From: Myxococcota bacterium
GTDB taxonomy: Bacteria; Myxococcota_A; SURF-8
DNA length: 64,000 nucleotides
Direction of reading: 5' to 3'
Assembly (NCBI GenBank): GCA_963674735.2
Contig: CAXXQS010000001.1
Coordinates: forward strand, 1 to 64,000
The translations under genes were made by a program, and so were the position numbers. Below are positions 58,118 through 64,000 of the stretch, in pieces. Under the pieces are notes generated by a model. That model did no database searches, had not been told where the DNA came from, and saw nothing but the letters and a program-made list of their open reading frames with translations. Numbering within the stretch: position 1 is the first letter of the stretch; every line of letters starts with the position of its first letter.

Positions 58118-59158
58118 TTACCAGGTGATTTCGCTCACGATGGGAAAATGATCGGAAGGGTAGAAGTCGTCGTCGCCATACACGGTCTGGTCCACGGTCC
58201 ACCACGGACAGCCCCACTCGGCGCTGCCGCCTAGAAAAATGTGGTCGATACGGCGGCTGGGATCGTAATCGGGCGCCGGGCTTTGATTGTGAGTGGACGA
58301 CCATGTCTCGGCGATTTCGAAGGTGTCGATGAAATGGAAGCCTTGGTCGTCGACGCCCTGAGTCAGGGTGGCGTAGGCGGTGGAATCGGGTTTCGAGTTG
58401 TAATCGCCGACGAAAATGACGGGGTGCTCTTCGGCCCAGGGAGCAAAGCGCTCAAGCGCCAGCACCGCGCTGTGATCCTGGTTGGGCGGGTTGTTGTCGA
58501 AGTGGGTGGTGGCGAAGTAGAACTCACGGCCATCGGAGATCTGCTTCAGCCGCGCCCATGCCACGATGCGCCAGAACGCGCTGCCCGACTGCCAGCCGCC
58601 CGCCCAGGCTTCGTCGGGCGTTTCGGAGTTCCAGTAAACCCCGCTTTCAACAACGGTGAAGCGTTCTTCGCGATATAGAATCGTCGCGTCCGGGTAATCC
58701 GTCCACCCGACCTCGTTGGCGGGCAGGTCTTTCCCGAAAAGGGCTTGATAACCGGAGGTGACATCGAGAATCTCCTGGGCTTCCGTTCCATAGGTCAATT
58801 CCTGCAACCCGATCAGGTCCGGCTCAAAGCGAGCGATGATGTCCCCGAAATGCTGCACGCGTTGCTCCCAGTTCTCGTTGCCTCCATCGGTATTGGAACA
58901 GAACGAGCACATCACGTTGAAGGCCATTGCCACCAGCGTATCGTCGCTCCACGGGTATTCCACGGCCTCGTCTTCGGCGTCCGGTTCTGCGTCGGCATCC
59001 GGCAAGTCTATTTCGGCTTGTTCGCCGTCGCTGTCGCCGTCGATCAGAGTATCGGCATCGCCATCGGAGGCGGGATTATCATCGGACGAGCTGCAGCCTG
59101 CCGCCGTTGCTGCCAGAAACATGATTACGAATAGTGCTGTGAAATGAATGGTACGCAT
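58118..59158 (-). CDS. Endonuclease/exonuclease/phosphatase family lipoprotein
   Basis: AFNV, DLIGLQE, THFD, GDYN, RIDHIF, SDH; lipobox AAGC. Confidence 0.92.
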   Translation of the reverse strand: MRTIHFTALFVIMFLAATAAGCSSSDDNPASDGDADTLIDGDSDGEQAEIDLPDADAEPDAEDEAVEYPWSDDTLVAMAFNVMCSFCSNTDGGNENWEQRVQHFGDIIARFEPDLIGLQELTYGTEAQEILDVTSGYQALFGKDLPANEVGWTDYPDATILYREERFTVVESGVYWNSETPDEAWAGGWQSGSAFWRIVAWARLKQISDGREFYFATTHFDNNPPNQDHSAVLALERFAPWAEEHPVIFVGDYNSKPDSTAYATLTQGVDDQGFHFIDTFEIAETWSSTHNQSPAPDYDPSRRIDHIFLGGSAEWGCPWWTVDQTVYGDDDFYPSDHFPIVSEITW

Positions 59159-59352
59159 CGGAACTTCCTTTCGCCATATTCCAATCTCGGCTAACCTTTG
59201 AGAGCGGCCGCCGAATTCCTGAATCTATCCGCGAATATAGCACAGGCTTTCATGCCGGATAGGAATTAATTTTGGGACTTGAGTTCAATATGAACCCGAG
59301 TGAAATCTCGTCGCGGTCATTCCCTACTAGACGCGGATTCCATGCCCGAAGA

Positions 59353-59378
59353 GACTCCGGATCAAGTCCGGGGTGACG
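59353..59378 (-). repeat. CGTC-type REP-like palindrome
   Basis: Minus strand cgtcaccccggacttgatccggagtc. Confidence 0.6.
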
Positions 59379-59631
59379 AGTGCGAGCGCACCGAAATAAC
59401 GCTCGGTTCAATGAAAAACGCCGAAATTGCGAGGCGGTTTTTTGGGTGATGGGATGGCGACAGTCACGCGGCAAGCCGCTCAACGGTAAGCTGCTTAACC
59501 GATTTGACAATCGGCGGGGGAACGGCGATAATCCCGCCGACGCAATCACTCGCACCCGACGGCACGGACGGTGCTTGAAAAACAGCGGGAGCGCTTTGTT
59601 TGAGCGAGCCGCTTAACGAGGGGAGCCGAAA

Positions 59632-61173
59632 ATGGCCCAACTGACGGAAACCATTCTGCGTGACGCCCACCAGTCGCTTATCGCCACCCGTATGCGCACC
59701 GAAGATATGCTGGAAGGCGCGGAACTCATCGATAAAGTCGGGTATCGGTCGGCCGAGATGTGGGGAGGGGCGACCTTCGATGTCTGCATGCGTTTTCTCA
59801 ATGAAAATCCCTGGGAACGTTTGCGGGTGTTGAAAAAACGCCTGAAGAACACACCCACCCAGATGCTGCTACGCGGTCAAAACCTGGTGGGATATACGCA
59901 TTATGCCGATGATGTGGTGGATCTTTTCGTGAAGCAGTCCGCCCGAAACGGGATCGATATCTTCCGTGTTTTCGATGCCTTGAACGACGTGCGCAACATG
60001 GAGCGGTCCATCGCCGCCGTGCTCGCGGCGGGAGCGCACGCGCAGGGTACGATCAGTTACACCCGCAGTCCCGTGCATACCATCGAGAAGTTCGTGACCA
60101 TAGCGCGCGAACTCAAAGATCTGGGTTGCCAGTCGATCTGCGTGAAAGACATGGCGGGCCTCTTGACGCCCAAAGAGGCGATCCCACTGGTCAAGGCCTT
60201 GAAAAAAGATATCGGTTTGGAATTGTGGGTGCACTCGCACAACACCGGCGGTTACGCTCAAGCCACGTACTATGCCGCGATCGAAGCGGGGGCGGATGTG
60301 GTGGACTGCTCCCTGTCGCCCCTGTCCAATGGTACGGGCCAGCCTCCCACCGAGTCGATGGTGGCGGCGCTGGAGGGCACCCCGTGGGAAACCGGCTATA
60401 AGCTCGAAGACCTGGAACCGCTCACCCGTCTGTTTGCCAAAGTACGCGAAAAATACCTCGGCTACCTCGATCCGATTTCGGAACGGGTGGACGTTCGTGT
60501 GCTGACTTACCAGGTGCCGGGCGGGATGATTTCGAATCTCGTCAGCCAGCTCAAGCAACAGAACAAGCTGGATCAGTTCGAGGCGGTGCTGGCCGAAGTG
60601 CCTGCCGTGCGTGCCGATCTCGGTTATGTCCCGCTGGTGACGCCGACCAGCCAGATCGTGGGCACCCAGGCGGTGTTGAACGTGCTGATGGGCGAACGCT
60701 ACAAGATGGTTTCGAAAGAGTCGCGCGCATTGGCGCTGGGCCGCTACGGACGCACCCCGGCTCCGGTGTCGCCGGAAATCGTCGAAAAGCTGGGCGGGGG
60801 CGAAGAGCCCATCACCGGGCGTCCGGCGGACGAACTCGCTCCGGCCCTCGATTCGGTGCGGGAACAATATGGCGATCTGATCGGCAGCGACGAGGATTTG
60901 CTGATGCTGGCGATCTACGGGGATGTCGCGGCGCGTTTTTTGCGTGGCGAGACGGAGGCCGAAGCCATTCCGGCCCGCAGTCTTACCGAAGCGCCGGGGA
61001 AAATGCCCAAGCTCGAAGGGGACTTGAGTGCCTTCGAATTCGTCATAGATGGCGCGGTCCACCATGCGGAATTGCGTCCGGCCAAAGCGATTCCCGGCAA
61101 CCATGCGGATACCATGAAAAAGAAGCCCCCCAAACAAGTGGCGCGTCCGGCTCCCTATTCGGCTCGGCGTTGA
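59632..61173 (+). CDS. Carboxyltransferase subunit (pyruvate carboxylase B / OadA / transcarboxylase 5S family) without a biotinyl domain
   Basis: LRDAHQSL.ATRM, WGGATFD, QMLLRGQN, KDMAGLL, HSH, QVPGGMISN, PLVTPTSQIVG; no EAMKM motif. Confidence 0.93.
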   Translation: MAQLTETILRDAHQSLIATRMRTEDMLEGAELIDKVGYRSAEMWGGATFDVCMRFLNENPWERLRVLKKRLKNTPTQMLLRGQNLVGYTHYADDVVDLFVKQSARNGIDIFRVFDALNDVRNMERSIAAVLAAGAHAQGTISYTRSPVHTIEKFVTIARELKDLGCQSICVKDMAGLLTPKEAIPLVKALKKDIGLELWVHSHNTGGYAQATYYAAIEAGADVVDCSLSPLSNGTGQPPTESMVAALEGTPWETGYKLEDLEPLTRLFAKVREKYLGYLDPISERVDVRVLTYQVPGGMISNLVSQLKQQNKLDQFEAVLAEVPAVRADLGYVPLVTPTSQIVGTQAVLNVLMGERYKMVSKESRALALGRYGRTPAPVSPEIVEKLGGGEEPITGRPADELAPALDSVREQYGDLIGSDEDLLMLAIYGDVAARFLRGETEAEAIPARSLTEAPGKMPKLEGDLSAFEFVIDGAVHHAELRPAKAIPGNHADTMKKKPPKQVARPAPYSARR

Positions 61174-61184
61174 GCGTCTAGCGG

Positions 61185-62621
61185 TTACTTGTCGTCCAAT
61201 CCGGGGTAGAGTTTTTGGATACAGTCGGGGCAGATACTGTGGCTGAAGTCGGCGTCGGAGTGTGCTTTGATGTACGACTCGATCTGGTTCCAGTAGCCTT
61301 CGTCATCGCGGACTTTTTTGCAGGAGGCGCAGATGGGAATCAGGCCGGTGAGGGTTTTCACTTCTCCGAGGGCGTTTGTCAGATCCTGATTGCTGGTTTC
61401 GAGATCTTTCGTGCGTTCCAGAATCAGTTCTTCCAAGTGTTCCTGGTGCTGCAATAGGTTGGCATTCGCGGCTTTAAGCTCGCGGGTGCGCTGGTCCACC
61501 AGGCGTTTGAGGCGGCGATTGAAGGCAATCAGTGTCAGGATGATCAAAAGCGCCATCAGTCCGATAGCGGCTGCGGCAAGCAGCGTTTGACGCACCCAGC
61601 CGTAATCGGGTTCCGGCGAATATAGAAATCCCTCCAAATCATAATCCCGCTCGGTCATTCCCAAGCCGGCGCAGGTATCGGCGATGTGACGCCAGCGCCC
61701 GGCGTTCATATGCCCGACCTCGATCAATTCCGGCTGCAACAGGCTGAGCATGGTTTTAGCCTCGTGTTGCAGCAGCTTCTTCATCGATTCGGCCTCGAAT
61801 CGCAGATGGCTGCGCGATTTTTCGGTGTGATAAGTGGAGAGAATGTAGCTCACCATCTCGTCGATATGATTCATGGCATAGTCCCACCCTCGCAGACTGG
61901 CTGCCCGGAACGCCTTCACGATCTCGGGGTTCTCGGCGAGGTAGGCTTCCGTCGTGAATAGGGTGTCACCGTAAAAATCGATGCCATACGTGCGCGGCTG
62001 AATGATGGATATCGGGATGTTGCGCTGCTGCAGGTAATAAGCCTGGTCGCTGATATACGCATGATAGACGTCGGTGTTGCCGTCGATGAGATCGTTGATG
62101 TCGTAACTGATGGTCTGCCGCTTGATGTTGTCTATCGAGATGCCTTCGTTTTTAAAGACGGCCAGCAGTTCCGCCGAATCGATGCCTTCGCGCAGCATGA
62201 CCCGTTTGCCGATCATATCCTCAGGGCTCATGATGCCGCTGTCGCGCCGGGACAGGAAAATGGAGGGCGAGTGCTGAAAAATCACCGCTAGGGCGACCAC
62301 CGGCTTGCCGTTGAGGCGATGGATCAGGAGTTCCGAGTTGGCCACCCCGAATTCCGCTTTTTGGGCGAGCACCGCTTCGACCGGAATCACTTCAGGTCCG
62401 CCTTCCAGCAACTCCACATTGAGGCCGGCTTCTTTGTAATAACCCTTGATTTGGGCTGCGTAGAATCCGGCGAACTGGAATTGGTGACGCCACTTCAATT
62501 GCAGGCGCACGGCGGATCGTTTCGTGAGTGTCGGAGGAACGCTGGCAGTCGCTGTGCCGCTCGATGATACGAAGCAGAAAAGCAGCAGGGACAGGCAGGC
62601 GATGATCGTCTTGCAGGGCAT
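61185..62621 (-). CDS. Membrane sensor with NMT1/THI5-like binding domain, TM, coiled coil and C-terminal Cys-rich domain
   Basis: LQLKW.HQFQFAGFYAA..KGYY; after the TM, PICASCKKVRDD.GYW...E.YI..FSHSICPDC. Confidence 0.88.
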   Translation of the reverse strand: MPCKTIIACLSLLLFCFVSSSGTATASVPPTLTKRSAVRLQLKWRHQFQFAGFYAAQIKGYYKEAGLNVELLEGGPEVIPVEAVLAQKAEFGVANSELLIHRLNGKPVVALAVIFQHSPSIFLSRRDSGIMSPEDMIGKRVMLREGIDSAELLAVFKNEGISIDNIKRQTISYDINDLIDGNTDVYHAYISDQAYYLQQRNIPISIIQPRTYGIDFYGDTLFTTEAYLAENPEIVKAFRAASLRGWDYAMNHIDEMVSYILSTYHTEKSRSHLRFEAESMKKLLQHEAKTMLSLLQPELIEVGHMNAGRWRHIADTCAGLGMTERDYDLEGFLYSPEPDYGWVRQTLLAAAAIGLMALLIILTLIAFNRRLKRLVDQRTRELKAANANLLQHQEHLEELILERTKDLETSNQDLTNALGEVKTLTGLIPICASCKKVRDDEGYWNQIESYIKAHSDADFSHSICPDCIQKLYPGLDDK

Positions 62622-62878
62622 CAACCGTTTCCTTATGCAATGGCGTCGTCGCCGGTGCCGTTCTCTCGCTTCGATGGTTCGGACTGTTCGACTTCTTTCA
62701 CTGAACGCCGTGCAGACGATAGCATGAATGCATTCCGTTGACAATGCGATGTGACGACAGGTGTTGCAGTGAACCAGAGGCGGCTACTTGTGGAAATTCG
62801 AATGACAGCCGAGAGTGGCTGGTGTAAATTAAAACCGGTTTGTCCGAATCTTTGTCCGCTGCGTTTAGTGAGGAAACC

Positions 62879-63322
62879 ATGATTCGCCCTTTTCGATCCG
62901 ATGAAACCGAGACGATGATCGATATCTGGTATGCGGCTTCCATCGAGGCTCACGCCTTTATGTCGCCTACCTTCTGGGAACGGGAAAAGAAGGCGATTCG
63001 TGAAACCTACATTCCCCTGTCAACGTCCTACGTTTACGAATCGGACGGGCGCTTTGTCGCTTTCATTTCGTTGCTCGACCCGGATGAGATCGGGGCGCTG
63101 TTCGTGCATCCGCAGTGGCAGGGACGTGGCATCGGGGCGGCGTTGATCCGGCATGCCGCCGACTTGCGCGGAACGCTCCATGTCGAGGCGTTCAAAGAGA
63201 ACCCGCGCGCGGTGTCGTTCTACGAAGGGATGGGTTTTGTTCGGGTGGAAGAAAAGGTGGAGCCGACAACCGGCCATCCGCTCGTTCGGCTGCGGCGTGA
63301 CGGCGCGGGGACGGCGGGATGA
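62879..63322 (+). CDS. GNAT N-acetyltransferase (YjaB/YiaC-like)
   Basis: IW..AS..AH.F, IGALFV.P..QGRGIG..L, N.RA..FY...GF. Confidence 0.92.
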   Translation: MIRPFRSDETETMIDIWYAASIEAHAFMSPTFWEREKKAIRETYIPLSTSYVYESDGRFVAFISLLDPDEIGALFVHPQWQGRGIGAALIRHAADLRGTLHVEAFKENPRAVSFYEGMGFVRVEEKVEPTTGHPLVRLRRDGAGTAG

Positions 63323-63428
63323 GGGCCGGCTTGACAGGGGCACGATCTTGACCATACTGATAGGGTCTTTTCATGTCGATAATTAACCGCGCCGGGCGGT
63401 CGATATCAGCTCGATTGATGGGTGAAAG

Positions 63429-64000
63429 ATGACCATGTTTGAAATTCTCGCTCCGTTTCTTCGTTATTTCGAAACGCCTTTGGCCAGGGCGGGGGCCATT
63501 TGGGTGGTGTCGTTGGCCTTGGCTATGCTGCTGCGCTTTGTTATCGTCGGTATCGCCGCCGTTTTGGCAAGAAAAACCTTCACCGATTGGGACGACCGCC
63601 TGATTCTGGCCGTAAAGTGGCCGATCTTTTGGAGTGCGTTGCTGGCCGGGACGTGGTTCGCCATCGACGAGCTGACGCTGTCGGTCAATGGGTCTTACGT
63701 CGTAACGGGACTGATTAAAAGTATTGCCGTTCTGATGTGGGGAAAGGCCATCAGCCATATCGCGACCCTCGTTTTGGAGATCCTGAGCCGCAGTTCGGAG
63801 AAGTACTCGTTTATCAAACCGGCGACTCTGCCGTTGTTGCAAATCACGGTGAAGGTTCTCGTGATGGGAGGTGTGGCTTACTTCGCCTTTGTCGCCTGGA
63901 ACATCGATGTGACGGGCTGGCTGGCCTCGGCGGGGATCGTGGGTATCGCGGTAGGTTTTGCTGCCAAAGATACCCTGGCCAACCTGTTCGCCGGGATTTT
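63429..64000 (+). CDS. MscS family mechanosensitive channel, runs off the window edge
   Basis: Manual translation from ATG 63429 stays open to the end and contains T.WDD and WLASAGIVGIAVGFAAKDTLANLFAG. Confidence 0.9.
   Translation, partial: MTMFEILAPFLRYFETPLARAGAIWVVSLALAMLLRFVIVGIAAVLARKTFTDWDDRLILAVKWPIFWSALLAGTWFAIDELTLSVNGSYVVTGLIKSIAVLMWGKAISHIATLVLEILSRSSEKYSFIKPATLPLLQITVKVLVMGGVAYFAFVAWNIDVTGWLASAGIVGIAVGFAAKDTLANLFAGI

Overview
GC-rich bacterial chromosome segment. MYXO-CTERM-type sorting signals and many Asp/Gly-rich lipoproteins suggest Myxococcota or a related deltaproteobacterial lineage (inference). It carries about 50 CDSs: ABC exporter genes, Maf, an HxsD-like/radical SAM/A24-peptidase-like cluster with a 1-bp frameshift, a giant S8 protease, a split transketolase with MoxR/VWA, a divergent aspS, a GGDEF protein, two B12 radical SAM enzymes, a 6x88-aa repeat lipoprotein, several hydrolase lipoproteins, comM/yifB, aqpZ, a carboxyltransferase and a partial MscS. 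An accessory zone at about 42.7-50.3 kb is rich in REP-like palindromes and holds two complete IS elements. The best-supported highlight is a compact IS110-family element (43350-44527, minus strand). Its 5' non-coding end folds into a bridge-RNA-like structure whose guide segments match both the element's circle junction (ACAGTCG-CT-TG) and the GTAG-REP palindrome it inserted into (CCCATC-CT-AC). Joining its two ends in silico creates a TTGACA-N17-TATTAT promoter. Also notable: an IS4 element with a 10-bp target duplication inside another palindrome, an orphan comM fragment ending at the CPCG motif with clustered synonymous recoding (possible att scar), and an unassigned structured ~190-nt ncRNA candidate. 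All calls come from reading the sequence by eye; no searches or folding programs were run.
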